From assembly GCA_029258885.1 (NCBI GenBank), contig JAPDJW010000001.1, forward strand, positions 36,089 to 100,088: a DNA stretch of 64,000 nucleotides. The letters are read 5' to 3'. This document shows, one piece after another, positions 9,647-19,934 of this stretch. The position numbers and the translations under genes are program-made. Source of the DNA: Thermoproteota archaeon (GTDB taxonomy: Archaea; Thermoproteota; Thermoprotei; Thermofilales; B9-G17). Position 1 is the first letter of the stretch. Each line of letters starts with the position of its first letter. Below the pieces are notes generated by a model that worked only from the letters and a program-made list of their open reading frames with translations, searched no databases and had not been told where the DNA came from.

Positions 9647-9979
9647 TTAACTTCTAATATTATTAAGTAAATTTAGAATTTCCTCTAATTCCTCAGTCTT
9701 GAATATCTTTCTTTCTCTAACAAGAATAGTCCTAAGCTCTTCGATGGTTTCAGGAGCTATATTAAGGAGCTGAATTATTATTTCCTCGCTTAAACCAATA
9801 TCCTTAAGTTTTTTAAAAATTTCATCCAAATTATCACACTTTATTTTAGTAAACTTCCTAGCATAATCAAGAGTAGCCTGCTGAATATAGCTCATCTCGT
9901 CCTTTTTATCTTCAAGTAGCTTCTTAACAACTATTAAAGGCACCATTTTTTCTTCAAGTACTTTAACCAAGCCTATCAT
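9647..9979 (-). CDS. rpo4: DNA-directed RNA polymerase subunit Rpo4 (RpoF)
   Basis: 110 aa, helical, with the HRDC-like pattern YIQQATLDYARKF...LSEEIIIQLLNIAPETIEELRTIL. Conserved neighbour of the DUF655 gene. Confidence 0.7.
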   Translation of the reverse strand: MIGLVKVLEEKMVPLIVVKKLLEDKKDEMSYIQQATLDYARKFTKIKCDNLDEIFKKLKDIGLSEEIIIQLLNIAPETIEELRTILVRERKIFKTEELEEILNLLNNIRS

Positions 9980-10143
9980 CTCCTCTGCTTAAAGTCTCAT
10001 ATTAATAAATTTCTTATCGAAGCACTGCTATAAAAATATATTCAAATCATCAAAATCTCAGTCTTATACTAGGACTTAAAATTGTAACTGTAGACTAAGG
10101 GAGAGCGAAAGTTACATAAGGATAAGACGCACTATAAGTACTA

Positions 10144-10228
10144 GCGGGGGTGGCCGAGCAAGGTCAAAGGCGCCGGACTCAGGCTCCGGTGGCGTAGGCC
10201 TGCGTGGGTTCGAATCCCACCCCCCGCA
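10144..10228 (+). tRNA. tRNA-Leu (CAG), class II with long variable arm
   Basis: Hand-folded. Acceptor GCGGGGG/CCCCCGC, anticodon arm CCGGA-CTCAGGC-TCCGG (anticodon CAG), variable arm TGGCGTAGGCCTGCG, T arm TGGGTTCGAATCCCA, discriminator A. Confidence 0.9.
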
Positions 10229-10364
10229 TGTAGGGATGATCGATCAGAGTTAAGATGAACTCTTGTGATGATTAAAAGGCATTTGGGTGACCAATTCTCC
10301 ATCTAAGATAGGCTACTTTACTTGTGTAGCCAGAAACATATAGCTTTAACAATTAGGAACGGGG

Positions 10365-10670
10365 GTAAGCCGGCTATAGCCCGCTTTCTGTACTTGGGGG
10401 ATTTATCTTGGACCTCGGCCTCTACACGGGGATATCATCCGACCGAGGCCTGCTACAGGTTGGCCGTTTCACCCACTCCTTTAACATCGTCTGCGGGTTA
10501 GCTCGTCCCCCGTTACCGGAGAGACTTCGCCGCGGTCATTCTCATCTGTTAAAGGGGGTCTCGTTTCTGATCCAGAGCCAGGGCTCTCGCCCTACCGCCT
10601 TACGGCGGTTGTAGCCCCCGTGTAAGCGGAGCTTCCTCCGGGCGAACCCGGGCACCCCCAGCCGGCTTAC
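10365..10670 (-). ncRNA. rnpB: RNase P RNA
   Basis: ~306-nt GC-rich island. On the minus strand the ends pair (GTAAGCCGGCT ... AGCCGGCTTAC = P1). Conserved-region-like motifs are GGAGGAAGCTCCG (CR-I), GTGGGTGAAACGG (CR-IV) and TACAGAAAGCGGGCTATAGCCGGCTTAC (CR-V). Confidence 0.8.
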
Positions 10671-10743
10671 ATTTAATTATAGATTATAGAAGTATTTTAG
10701 GCTGTCGCTTATTCTTTTTATACACGATATTGATTTCTAATAT

Positions 10744-11253
10744 ATGCGAAGCAAGATCTATATAACAGTCATAGGCAGTAGTAAAGATATTTCTCCTAAG
10801 GTTTACGAACTGGCTGAGAAGGTTGGTTTTGAAATAGCGAAAAGAGGTGCAATTTTAGTTTGCGGCGGCAGAGGCGGAGTGATGGAGGCCGTAGCTAAGG
10901 GGGCAAGAATAGCTGGTGGCATAACTGTTGGTATATTACCAGGCGTAAGCAGAGGGGAAGCGAATCAATACATAGATATAGTAATACCTACTGGCATGGG
11001 ACACGGGAGAAATTTTCTGAATATAGTGGCTGGAGATGGCGTTATAGCTATATCTGGCGGTGCTGGCACGTTATCAGAAATTGGTCTGGCTATTGCCTAT
11101 GGAAAGCCAGTTGTAGTCATCAAAGGGAGCGGAGGAGTAGCCGACCTATTGGCGGGAAAGAATATAGGTGGTACGTATATAGATTTTGCTCACACTCCTG
11201 AAGAGGCTGTGGAAAAGCTAATTAGCTTGATTAAACTCAACCAAAATAGATGA
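10744..11253 (+). CDS. TIGR00725/LOG-like (SLOG) Rossmann-fold protein
   Basis: ITVIGSS...LVCGGRGGVMEAVAKGA...PTGMGHGRN...ISGGAGTLSEI pattern typical of the lysine-decarboxylase-like/LOG family. Confidence 0.6.
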   Translation: MRSKIYITVIGSSKDISPKVYELAEKVGFEIAKRGAILVCGGRGGVMEAVAKGARIAGGITVGILPGVSRGEANQYIDIVIPTGMGHGRNFLNIVAGDGVIAISGGAGTLSEIGLAIAYGKPVVVIKGSGGVADLLAGKNIGGTYIDFAHTPEEAVEKLISLIKLNQNR

Positions 11254-11480
11254 TGAAAAGCGGGCTTAAATGATTAATGACTGAGCCTGCATCGGCTGAT
11301 GACGCATAATGAACTACCTTTTTTCTTCAATTTAATTTCAGCTTTCAATGGTTAGTATACAATTGTAAACAGATAGCCTTCTACCGAACGTTAATGATAA
11401 TCGTCTTTATCGGCATGTTGGATCGAAAAAGTTTTTAGTTGCTTCTATGTGTAACATTTAAACCACTACGGTGATAATCC

Positions 11481-11768
11481 TTGCGTATGGGTGCTATTAT
11501 AAGCATTGTAATACTGATACTAGTTACAGTAATTTTCTGGCTACCTGTGCCCATTGTCGTAGGAGACATACCGATTCTCGGTTATGTGGCTTTTTGTATA
11601 AGTAAAGGAGCGCCAGAAATGTTTAAGTTTATAATAGCACTAATAAATGCCGTTTTTGCAGTATTAGCTGTTCTTACATTGTATTTTTCACAAAAAATAA
11701 GTAGTTTCGAGGAACATGCAGAGTACGGTGAATACTATCCAAGATACTCACATACCTTCTATGAGTAG
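11481..11768 (+). CDS. small hypothetical membrane protein
   Basis: 95-aa ORF with three hydrophobic helices. No motif found. Confidence 0.3.
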   Translation: MRMGAIISIVILILVTVIFWLPVPIVVGDIPILGYVAFCISKGAPEMFKFIIALINAVFAVLAVLTLYFSQKISSFEEHAEYGEYYPRYSHTFYE

Positions 11769-11769
11769 G

Positions 11770-12789
11770 TCATATCTTAATAGGCAATTTATATATTCCT
11801 TTTTCTGTTATTAATCCAGTTACCAGGTCTGGGGGAGTTATGTCGAAGGCAAAGTATATACCGCCTACTCCTTCGGGCACTATTCTTTTACCAAATATGT
11901 ATAACATTTCCTTGGGATCCCTTTCCTCTATTTTGACGTCATCTATCGTACTGTTGAAATCTATTGTACTGAAAGGTGCAGCTACATAGAAGGGTACTGA
12001 AAATTCCCTAGCGACAAGCGAAAGAGGAAACGTGCCGATCTTATTTATAACATATCCATCCTTAGTTACCCTGTCGGCACCAGTAACAACTAAGTCTATT
12101 TTAATTTTTCTCATAACGATTCCAATCATATTATCGGTTATAACCTTCACAGGAATACCTGCTTGCTTCAACTCGAATGCCGTTAATCTTGCACCCTGAA
12201 GGTAGGGTCTTGTTTCCATGACTATAACCTCGAATCTCTTTCCTTTCTCCCAGGCACGATACATAGGTGCTGTAGCTGTCCCATAGTAGCTAGTAGCTAA
12301 TGATCCTGCATTACATATCGTTAGAACTCTACCACCATCTTTAATCAACTTCTCTCCATATTCACCTATTTTTCTGTTGCATTCTTCATCAAGTCTGGCT
12401 ATTTCCAGAGCCTTTTTAACTACAATATCCTTTAGATCGTCGACATTCTTCGCTGTTTTTGCGGCATCTAAAATTTTGTTAACTGCCCAGAATAGGTTAT
12501 AGGCGGTGGGTCTGCTCTCCATAAATTCCTTAGCTATAGAATTTAACTTCTTAAGCGCTTTCTCGAGATTCTTAATTCTAATCTTAGTAACGGCCAATGC
12601 GAGACCATAAGCAGTAGCTACACCTATCGCGGGAGCGCCTCTAATCTCCATTTTCTTAATAGCCCTTATAACGCGTTTATAGCTGCTAGTTTCTATATAT
12701 TCAAGCTTATAGGGTAGCTTCAGCTGGTTGAGGATCCTAACTTTACCGTCAACCCACTCGATTGTCCTAGGGATTTTCAACGAGCTCAC
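11770..12789 (-). CDS. mtnA: eIF-2B alpha/beta/delta-like isomerase (methylthioribose-1-phosphate isomerase MtnA / ribose-1,5-bisphosphate isomerase family)
   Basis: N-terminal IEWVDGKVRILNQLKLPYKLEYIE, IRGAPAIGVA, TICNAGSLAT and GADRV motifs. Confidence 0.75.
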   Translation of the reverse strand: MSSLKIPRTIEWVDGKVRILNQLKLPYKLEYIETSSYKRVIRAIKKMEIRGAPAIGVATAYGLALAVTKIRIKNLEKALKKLNSIAKEFMESRPTAYNLFWAVNKILDAAKTAKNVDDLKDIVVKKALEIARLDEECNRKIGEYGEKLIKDGGRVLTICNAGSLATSYYGTATAPMYRAWEKGKRFEVIVMETRPYLQGARLTAFELKQAGIPVKVITDNMIGIVMRKIKIDLVVTGADRVTKDGYVINKIGTFPLSLVAREFSVPFYVAAPFSTIDFNSTIDDVKIEERDPKEMLYIFGKRIVPEGVGGIYFAFDITPPDLVTGLITEKGIYKLPIKI

Positions 12790-12849
12790 CGAAACTTATA
12801 ATTCCTGATTTATCTTAAAAGGATTCAGTCAGAGATTTGGGGAGAATAA

Positions 12850-13782
12850 ATGATAGGCGTCGTGGGAGGAGCTGGCTTTATAGGTATACATACTGTTAAA
12901 ATGCTTGATAGGTTGGGGTATGAAGTAGTTGTAATCGATAATTTGTCTAAAGCAAGAAGGGAAAACATAGACGAATTGAATAAGATGGGTATAGAGATAA
13001 GGATTGCTGATATAAGAAGAAGTGATGAAATTAAGAAAGCCCTTAAGGGAGTAGAGAGGATTATTCATTTAGCTGCATTAATTAGTGTTGAGGAATCGTT
13101 AAAGAACCCTAGATTATATTGTCAAGTTAACACTTATGGTACAGTAAACTTGCTAGATGCATGCGTTGAAGCTGGTGTAGAGAGGTTTGTCTATGCGTCT
13201 AGCGCTGCTGTGTATGGCAATCCCAAATATCTTCCCATAGACGAGAAGCATCCTTTAAAACCATTATCTCCCTATGGAGCCTCAAAGGCTTCTGGAGAAT
13301 TGTTCTGTTTAGTATATAATTCACTGAACCGGCTTGAGACTGTAATATTAAGGTATTTCAACGTTTACGGACCTGGGCAAAGTGACGAGTATGCGGGCGT
13401 TATTACACGTTTTATAAAATCTGTAATCAAAGGTAAGCCGCCAGTAATTTATGGAGATGGTCTTCAGACGCGTGATTTCATATACGTTGAGGATGTAGCC
13501 CTAGCTAACGTGAAAGCACTTTTTAAGGAAAATATAGGTGGCTATGTCTTCAATATTGCCAATGGTACTCCTGTTAAAATAAAAGACCTAGCATATACAA
13601 TCATAAGGCTTCTAAACATGGAAGGGACAATGGAACCTGTGTATTCGAAGCCTAGACCGGGGGATATTCGGGAGAGTTATGCCGATATAAGTCTAGCCCG
13701 AAGACATCTAGATTTTTGTCCTCAGGTTAGTTTAGAGGAGGGTTTGGTGAAAACGATAAAGTATTATACTGCCCGCATATAG
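12850..13782 (+). CDS. NAD-dependent sugar-nucleotide epimerase/dehydratase (GalE-like)
   Basis: GGAGFIG Rossmann motif, SSAAVYG, the YGASK catalytic Y-x3-K, 310 aa. Confidence 0.8.
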   Translation: MIGVVGGAGFIGIHTVKMLDRLGYEVVVIDNLSKARRENIDELNKMGIEIRIADIRRSDEIKKALKGVERIIHLAALISVEESLKNPRLYCQVNTYGTVNLLDACVEAGVERFVYASSAAVYGNPKYLPIDEKHPLKPLSPYGASKASGELFCLVYNSLNRLETVILRYFNVYGPGQSDEYAGVITRFIKSVIKGKPPVIYGDGLQTRDFIYVEDVALANVKALFKENIGGYVFNIANGTPVKIKDLAYTIIRLLNMEGTMEPVYSKPRPGDIRESYADISLARRHLDFCPQVSLEEGLVKTIKYYTARI

Positions 13783-13800
13783 AAATTCCATGGTGATCTT

Positions 13801-14343
13801 ATGTTTTCTCAAGACGTAATTATTCTGCCGGGTATGCTAGGAGCTGGATGCACGCACGTAGCTGAGTTGTTATCTCAAAAGTTGGAATGGAGGTACGTTA
13901 ATTCGGAAAGAATTATCAGGCGTATTGTAAGCGAGTCAGGATTATCGTTTAGGGAGTTTCAAGTTGAGGTTCATTCCGGAGAAATAGATCTAGACAAAAT
14001 TATAAGGAATGTTCTCTTAGATGAAATTAAGGAAGGTAAAGTCATTGTGGAGGGGAGGATAGCTTTCCTAATTCTAGATTTAGATGTTGGCGTGAAGTTC
14101 TTTCTATGGAGTTCTAAGAGCGATAGAGCTAGAATCGTTTCAAAAAGGCGAAATATACCACTAGAGAAGGCTCTTGAACAGATAGAGGAAAGCGATGAAG
14201 ATAGGAAGAGTTTAGTTTGGCGACTATACAAGAAAGACTGGCTGGATTTAGATCTATACGATATGATTATCAATACTTCAAAGTGGAGCTATGAGGGTGC
14301 AGCAGAAATAATTATCAAAGCACATTCTTACAGGAAACGATAG
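13801..14343 (+). CDS. archaeal cytidylate-kinase-like protein with degenerate P-loop
   Basis: The C-terminal two thirds match the archaeal Cmk pattern (VIVEGRIA..., DRARIVSKRRNIPLEKALEQIEESDEDR, YDMIINTSKWSYEGAAEII). The P-loop reads GMLGAGCT (nt 13831-13854) instead of GxxGxGKT. Confidence 0.6.
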   Translation: MFSQDVIILPGMLGAGCTHVAELLSQKLEWRYVNSERIIRRIVSESGLSFREFQVEVHSGEIDLDKIIRNVLLDEIKEGKVIVEGRIAFLILDLDVGVKFFLWSSKSDRARIVSKRRNIPLEKALEQIEESDEDRKSLVWRLYKKDWLDLDLYDMIINTSKWSYEGAAEIIIKAHSYRKR

Positions 14344-15626
14344 GGCGATTTTTCAATCTCCCTGCCGTCTCTATTTATTTTTATTAAACCCAGTACTATA
14401 GCCTTAATCCTATGTTTTCTGCAGGAAGTTAAGATCCTTATTTTTCTTTTCGTATAATCTATCTTATCTATTATGCCTATGCCTTCACAAAATCCCTTTT
14501 CATTAAGTATACCTACTAGGATGTTTTTCTCATCTCCAGCTTTGACTATTTTAACGTTACCAATATGTTGTAATGCCATCTTTATGAGAGTAATACTTGT
14601 CTTGTTTACTTTAATATTGTCGGCAACTATAATTAGAAGTTCATCTTTGTATTTCTCATGATGAATTACTCTTGTATTGAGTACTTCCTCTATTATTTCT
14701 TTATCCACAGCTGGAAGAGGATCTCCATGAAATAGATAAGTATTTAAAATTTTTATCTCATCTGCATTAAGAGTTATCATCGAGGAATCCTGTAGAAATC
14801 GCATGTAATTGCTTTCTCTAAAAGCTTTCCTCTTTGGAGGAGATTTTTTAGCATATACCTTTGGAGAAGGCACTTCAATTACATCGTAATCATAGAGGTA
14901 GTTTGCCATAGCTGTATTCGCGCTTATCTTCCCCATAAAGGCTATAATATTTGGCTCTATAGCTTCAATTAGAGCACGCTTATAGATGTATGCTCTTATA
15001 CCTTCAATCCATCCATCAGTATTTATTATAGTAATATATGGAGAGAGATTTTCTCCTTCTCTTAATATCTTCAATACTCCACTTACGACCTTTTCAGGAG
15101 CATAGCTTGGAGTATCAAAGCCCACAAAATACATAATATCGGGACTACATTCTCTTAACGATACAACGTGTTCTCGTAGCATTGATAACGATATACATGA
15201 AGGGGGACCTATGTCGGCTTGACCTATATCTGCATCCAGCACTGCCACCCGAAAGCCTTGGGCTAGCGCATTATTAGCTAAAAACGTGGTGAATGAAGTC
15301 TTTCCACTATCGGTTCCACCCAGAATTACTACCCTTAGTGTTTCACCTTTTTTCTTTGATAAAATTTCCTTCGATGCTGCTAGCCACTCATCTATTACTT
15401 CCTCATTAGCGGGTACACTTTTTATATACCCATCGGTACCAACGTTAATCTCAACTAGCCCTTCTGAGAGCGATTTAAAGGCTATAGTTTTACCGCTTTT
15501 TAGGATGGTTTTAAAGTTTAAGCCCGCTGTGAACCCAGCTATTAATATTTTTCCTTCTAGTACCTTAAGCGATAGAGGCCCTCTTAGCCTATACGTCTCA
15601 TTTTCCCTTATGGCTATCTTTGCCAT
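14328..15626 (-). CDS. Clp1/Grc3-like polynucleotide 5'-hydroxyl kinase
   Basis: Walker A GGTDSGKTSFTTFLAN followed by VLDADIGQADIGPP, as in Clp1-family kinases. 432 aa. Confidence 0.7.
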   Translation of the reverse strand: MAKIAIRENETYRLRGPLSLKVLEGKILIAGFTAGLNFKTILKSGKTIAFKSLSEGLVEINVGTDGYIKSVPANEEVIDEWLAASKEILSKKKGETLRVVILGGTDSGKTSFTTFLANNALAQGFRVAVLDADIGQADIGPPSCISLSMLREHVVSLRECSPDIMYFVGFDTPSYAPEKVVSGVLKILREGENLSPYITIINTDGWIEGIRAYIYKRALIEAIEPNIIAFMGKISANTAMANYLYDYDVIEVPSPKVYAKKSPPKRKAFRESNYMRFLQDSSMITLNADEIKILNTYLFHGDPLPAVDKEIIEEVLNTRVIHHEKYKDELLIIVADNIKVNKTSITLIKMALQHIGNVKIVKAGDEKNILVGILNEKGFCEGIGIIDKIDYTKRKIRILTSCRKHRIKAIVLGLIKINRDGREIEKSPYRFL

Positions 15627-15775
15627 TAAGATAGATTATACGATAGGTATCAATTAATATGTTTATTCAAAGGTATTAGCAATACATTAATTATGTCAAA
15701 GAATAGGCTATTTTTTCTAACGATTATTAGGAAATTCTTATATATTTATAAAAACAATATAAACCAGGGGTAAGG

Positions 15776-16984
15776 ATGCCTGAACTCGCGTATAGGCTTT
15801 CTCTCATCAAAACATCTCCTATTAGACGTATAGCCGCTCTTCTGGATCAAGCAAGACGAAAAAGAGATATCATATCCTTTGGCGGTGGTGCGCCCAGCCT
15901 CCCTCCGCCTAAGGAGTTTCTAGATGAAATTATGAGATTACTTAAAGAGATGCCTCAGAGGGCTTGCGGTTACTGTGGAACAAGGGGCTTACCCGAGCTA
16001 CGCAGCTTGATAGCTGAGGATCTGAAGAAGTACTTTGGAGTTAGCTATGATCCGGGTAAGGAGATAATAATAACGGATGGTGGAACTGAAGGCATATTTC
16101 TAACACTTTTCTCTATCCTTGATAAGGGAGATGAGGTAATAATACTTGATCCAACATACTTAGGGTATAGTGAGGCAATAAAGCTGGCGCAGGGCAGAGT
16201 TATTACGCTACCAGTTAGTGTAGAGAACGGGTATCAACCTGACCCGGAGATGCTTAAAGAGAGAATTACAGGAAGAACTAAAGCATTCATTCTACTTTCA
16301 CCCGATAATCCTACTGGTAGAATTATTAGGGAGGATTTCGTTAAGACTCTGGTTGATTTAGCGATTGATAAGGATTTCTGGATAATTTATGATGCTGCAT
16401 ACAAACATATAGTTTATGAGGGGAAAAATGTATGGGTGGATTCATTCCCCGGTGCCAGGGAGAAGACTATCACTATAAATACCTTCTCTAAGGAGGCCAG
16501 TATACCGGGACTTAGGCTTGGGTATACGACAGGGCCAAGTGAAGTAATCGAAGCCATGGAGAAAATTAAGCAATACGTTACTCTAGCGCCAGATACTTTA
16601 GGTCAATATGCTCTTCTAAAGTTTTATGAGAACGGAGTTAAGGATAGGTATCTTCGTGAAGTGGTGTTACCAACGTACCGTAGAAGAAGAGACCTCATGG
16701 CATCATTAATCCAGAAATATCTGCCGGAGGCAAAGACCGTAGTCCCGGGAGGTGCATTTTACTTCTTCGTGGATATTAGGTATTATTTGGAGAAAATGAA
16801 TCGTGATGATGAAGAATTTTGCAATAGATTACTCTATAGAAAGAACGTTGTTGCAATTCCTGGTTCGCACTTCGGTTCAATGGGCAAGGGACATATAAGG
16901 CTTACATTTGTCAGCGAACCCGAAGAAAGAATAGAGGAGGGCATACGCAGAATAGGGGCTTTCATGTTCAGCTATGTCTTTTAA
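15776..16984 (+). CDS. class I/II pyridoxal-phosphate aminotransferase (aspartate aminotransferase-like)
   Basis: SPDNPTG, YDAAY, the FSKEASIPGLRLGY PLP-lysine motif, and the C-terminal RLTF. Confidence 0.85.
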   Translation: MPELAYRLSLIKTSPIRRIAALLDQARRKRDIISFGGGAPSLPPPKEFLDEIMRLLKEMPQRACGYCGTRGLPELRSLIAEDLKKYFGVSYDPGKEIIITDGGTEGIFLTLFSILDKGDEVIILDPTYLGYSEAIKLAQGRVITLPVSVENGYQPDPEMLKERITGRTKAFILLSPDNPTGRIIREDFVKTLVDLAIDKDFWIIYDAAYKHIVYEGKNVWVDSFPGAREKTITINTFSKEASIPGLRLGYTTGPSEVIEAMEKIKQYVTLAPDTLGQYALLKFYENGVKDRYLREVVLPTYRRRRDLMASLIQKYLPEAKTVVPGGAFYFFVDIRYYLEKMNRDDEEFCNRLLYRKNVVAIPGSHFGSMGKGHIRLTFVSEPEERIEEGIRRIGAFMFSYVF

Positions 16985-17814
16985 TGTTCCTCCCTTTTTT
17001 CGGCGATTTTTTCCAGGATTTTCTCCGCAAACTCAACTTTTTTCTTCTCTCCTATCTCTGAGTAAACTTTTATTGCCTCATTAATCATATTCACTATCTG
17101 CTCTTTGTACTCTTGCGGAGCTTGATCATATATATCGAGTATTTCTTCTTCTTTCTCCGTATTTATGAGAAGAGATATATACTCCTTAATGGACTTAGTG
17201 GTTATCTTCTTCCCCCGCATAATAATAACGTATCCAAGTTCCCAATCTATCTCTTTACGTTCCTCCTCTAATGAAAGAGAAAGAAGTTTGCTTAAAGCAC
17301 CTGGGCTCAGCAATCTACTATATCCGTAAACATTTATTGCCTTCTCAATTTTTTCTATGCCTCTTCTCCCTATGAGAAGTATTCTCTCTATATCATCAGG
17401 TTCCAAAGGAATCTTGAATTCTAGTCCATGAATTATTATTCTGCCTGTCAGCCCCCTAACCTTTTCAGTAGGTAAATCTAGATCCAGAAATCCATCGTGA
17501 ATAAGTACTTCAATTATCTCTGAGCTTCCATCAGGATATACTACCTTCACCGCTTCATTCCATATTTTAGCGCTTACCTCGCCCAATATTGTATGCTCAC
17601 CCCACTCAAACGCAGGACATTGAAACCTATTAGCTAGAACAGATGCTAATCCTTCAACGAAACCCAATACTTCAAATCCTATAAATTCTATCCACCCCAT
17701 CCTCGTTCGAAGTTCCAGCTTTATCCTACTACCGCACCTTAGTCCGTTTTCCCTCAAGTAACTAATAACTTCATTATCATTTGCACAGTCTTTCTTTACA
17801 CCAATATAGCCCAC
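16981..17814 (-). CDS. hypothetical protein
   Basis: 277-aa ORF with a Glu/Lys-rich helical C-terminus. No motif recognised. Its stop overlaps the aminotransferase stop by 4 nt (convergent). Confidence 0.4.
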   Translation of the reverse strand: MGYIGVKKDCANDNEVISYLRENGLRCGSRIKLELRTRMGWIEFIGFEVLGFVEGLASVLANRFQCPAFEWGEHTILGEVSAKIWNEAVKVVYPDGSSEIIEVLIHDGFLDLDLPTEKVRGLTGRIIIHGLEFKIPLEPDDIERILLIGRRGIEKIEKAINVYGYSRLLSPGALSKLLSLSLEEERKEIDWELGYVIIMRGKKITTKSIKEYISLLINTEKEEEILDIYDQAPQEYKEQIVNMINEAIKVYSEIGEKKKVEFAEKILEKIAEKREEH

Positions 17815-18035
17815 TACACCACCTTCACTAATATTTTATCAAACAAGCTTATTAACACCACTATTTATAAGCTCTTGAATACACTTCGGATTAAGCTATT
17901 TTCTCTCTATCGATCTCCAGGAATTATTGCTTCGCCTGTATTTGGGTTTATTTCTTCTTCTGCCTGCTAACTCAGAAATAGTCAAAGGGGCAAAAGATAA
18001 AAATCTCTCGGTGTTTTTTCAAATGGTGCGTCTAT

Positions 18036-19361
18036 ATGAGCATAGAGCTTTTCCAATTAGAGGAAATAACCGACTTTGATATATCTTCAGTATATGCAAG
18101 GGAAATTCTTGATTCTAGAGGCAATCCCACGGTAGAGGTTGAGGTAACGACTTTAGGAGGTGGATTTGGGCGTGCAGCTGCTCCTGCGGGAGCATCTAAA
18201 GGTGTCCATGAGGCGCTGGAATTAAGAGATGGAGGAAAAAGGTATCACGGTAAGGGGGTAAGTAAAGCCATTAAAAATATTCTTGAAATAATAGCGCCTG
18301 AGATACTGGGCATGGATTCTAGGAGGCAAAAGGAGGTAGATTATAAGATGATAGAATTAGATGGCACGAAAAATAAATCTAAATTGGGGGCTAATGCGAT
18401 ACTTGCTGTTTCTCTTGCCGTAGCTAAGGCGGCAGCGAACACATACGGTATGCCGCTGTTCCAATATCTCGGAGGATCTAGAGCATGTATTCTCCCCACG
18501 CCACTTATGAATATATTGAATGGAGGTAAGCATGCTGGCAATGAATTGAGTATACAAGAATTTATGGTAGTGCCAGTCGGCGCTGATACCTTCCGGGACG
18601 CGCTTCGAATAGGGGCTGAGGTTTACCATGAACTTAAGAAATTCCTGAAAGATAAGTATGGAAGGAACGCTATAAATGTCGGTGATGAAGGAGGCTTTGC
18701 TCCGCCTATGAAAAACACTAAAGAAGCTCTAGATGCATTAGTTGCATCAATAAAGAATGCTGGCTATGACGCTGGAACAGATGTTCTCATAGCATTAGAT
18801 GCTGCGGCTTCAAGCTTTTATGATGCTAAAAAAGAAGCATACTACATAGATGGAAAATATCTGAACAGGGAGCAATTGTTAGAACTCTATAAGGAGATAG
18901 TTAATGAATACCCAATAATATCAATCGAAGATCCGTTTCATGAGGAGGACTATGAGGGCTTTACATTAATAACTAAAGAGCTAGGCGATAGAATTCAGAT
19001 AGTTGGAGACGATCTTTTTGTGACAAACATGGAGAGATTAAAGAAAGGTATTGACCTAGGAGCTGCTAATGCGTTATTGCTAAAGGTCAATCAAATAGGA
19101 ACATTAACTGAGGCTCTCGAAGCAGCGGACTTAGCTTTTAAAAACAATTATAAGGTAGTAGTTAGCCATAGATCGGGAGAGACGGAAGACGTAACGATAG
19201 CTCATATAGCAGTAGCCCTTAACTGTGGGCAAATAAAAACAGGTGCTCCAGCTAGAGGTGAACGGACAGCAAAGTATAACGAATTACTGAGAATAGAGGA
19301 TTACCTAGGCTATAGCGCTAAGTACATGGGTTCAGAGGTTTTTGCTCTGAAAAGACTATAA
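18036..19361 (+). CDS. eno: enolase
   Basis: AREILDSRGNPTVEVEV, the SHRSGETED signature, IKTGAPARGERTAKYN, 441 aa. Confidence 0.97.
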   Translation: MSIELFQLEEITDFDISSVYAREILDSRGNPTVEVEVTTLGGGFGRAAAPAGASKGVHEALELRDGGKRYHGKGVSKAIKNILEIIAPEILGMDSRRQKEVDYKMIELDGTKNKSKLGANAILAVSLAVAKAAANTYGMPLFQYLGGSRACILPTPLMNILNGGKHAGNELSIQEFMVVPVGADTFRDALRIGAEVYHELKKFLKDKYGRNAINVGDEGGFAPPMKNTKEALDALVASIKNAGYDAGTDVLIALDAAASSFYDAKKEAYYIDGKYLNREQLLELYKEIVNEYPIISIEDPFHEEDYEGFTLITKELGDRIQIVGDDLFVTNMERLKKGIDLGAANALLLKVNQIGTLTEALEAADLAFKNNYKVVVSHRSGETEDVTIAHIAVALNCGQIKTGAPARGERTAKYNELLRIEDYLGYSAKYMGSEVFALKRL

Positions 19362-19934
19362 CTTATTATTTTTAGCATAAATAAGGTGGTATAGATCGGC
19401 TAGGCATCTCCAGCAGTATCTAGCATTGCTGTATATTTTTACTCCACACCTTGGGCACTCTATGGGTAGGCTTACCTTTTTTACATAGGCTGGATCTATT
19501 CTTACTCCACCTTCCTCTAGCTTTTGGAAGAAAGTTTTCTTTGGACGTTTTTCCTCTATGAAGGCGCCTATTAGCGAAAATATCAGGGAAGTTGTGATGA
19601 AGGGGAAGGGATTCGAAGAAAACAGTACATATACTTTTTCCTTGTACACCAAATATGCGCATATCATGAGAAACGAGAGCAGCGGATATAGAATTGCGGC
19701 TTTTAGATCTCTAATCCACGTGCCCATTACTAAATATGATAGGGCTATTGCCACGATTAGAAAGGCTATATTCACCTCTTCCGTCAGTAGTATCCATTCA
19801 ATAAACTTCCAGACAGTTACTGGTTCTCCTCTATAGAAGCCACATGACGGAAAAATTATAGAAAGTAGTATTAAAGATACGAATGTCAATATTAACGATA
19901 GAAATGCTGCTGAAAAAATTTTTCCTTTATTCAT
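19356..19934 (-). CDS. membrane protein with C-terminal zinc ribbon
   Basis: Four to five TM helices, then CPRCGVKIYSNARYCWRC. Its start overlaps the stop of the upstream phosphodiesterase gene by 4 nt (operon). Confidence 0.4.
   Translation of the reverse strand: MNKGKIFSAAFLSLILTFVSLILLSIIFPSCGFYRGEPVTVWKFIEWILLTEEVNIAFLIVAIALSYLVMGTWIRDLKAAILYPLLSFLMICAYLVYKEKVYVLFSSNPFPFITTSLIFSLIGAFIEEKRPKKTFFQKLEEGGVRIDPAYVKKVSLPIECPRCGVKIYSNARYCWRCLADLYHLIYAKNNKL

Noticed and set aside
10231-10364. GTGATGA and GATGATC motifs between tRNA-Leu and RNase P RNA, as a C/D sRNA candidate
   Set aside because: No properly spaced CTGA D or D' boxes on either strand.
10408-10614. 68-aa ORF on the plus strand
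   Set aside because: It lies inside the RNase P RNA gene (minus strand, 10365-10670). Its composition is driven by the RNA's GC content.
11250-11325. Possible C/D box sRNA after the TIGR00725 gene (ATGATGA ... CTGA ... CTGATGA followed by a T-run)
   Set aside because: The box spacing does not fit the archaeal C-12nt-D'/C'-12nt-D layout. There is no terminal D box CTGA after the second TGATGA and no terminal stem. The first box overlaps the gene's stop codon.
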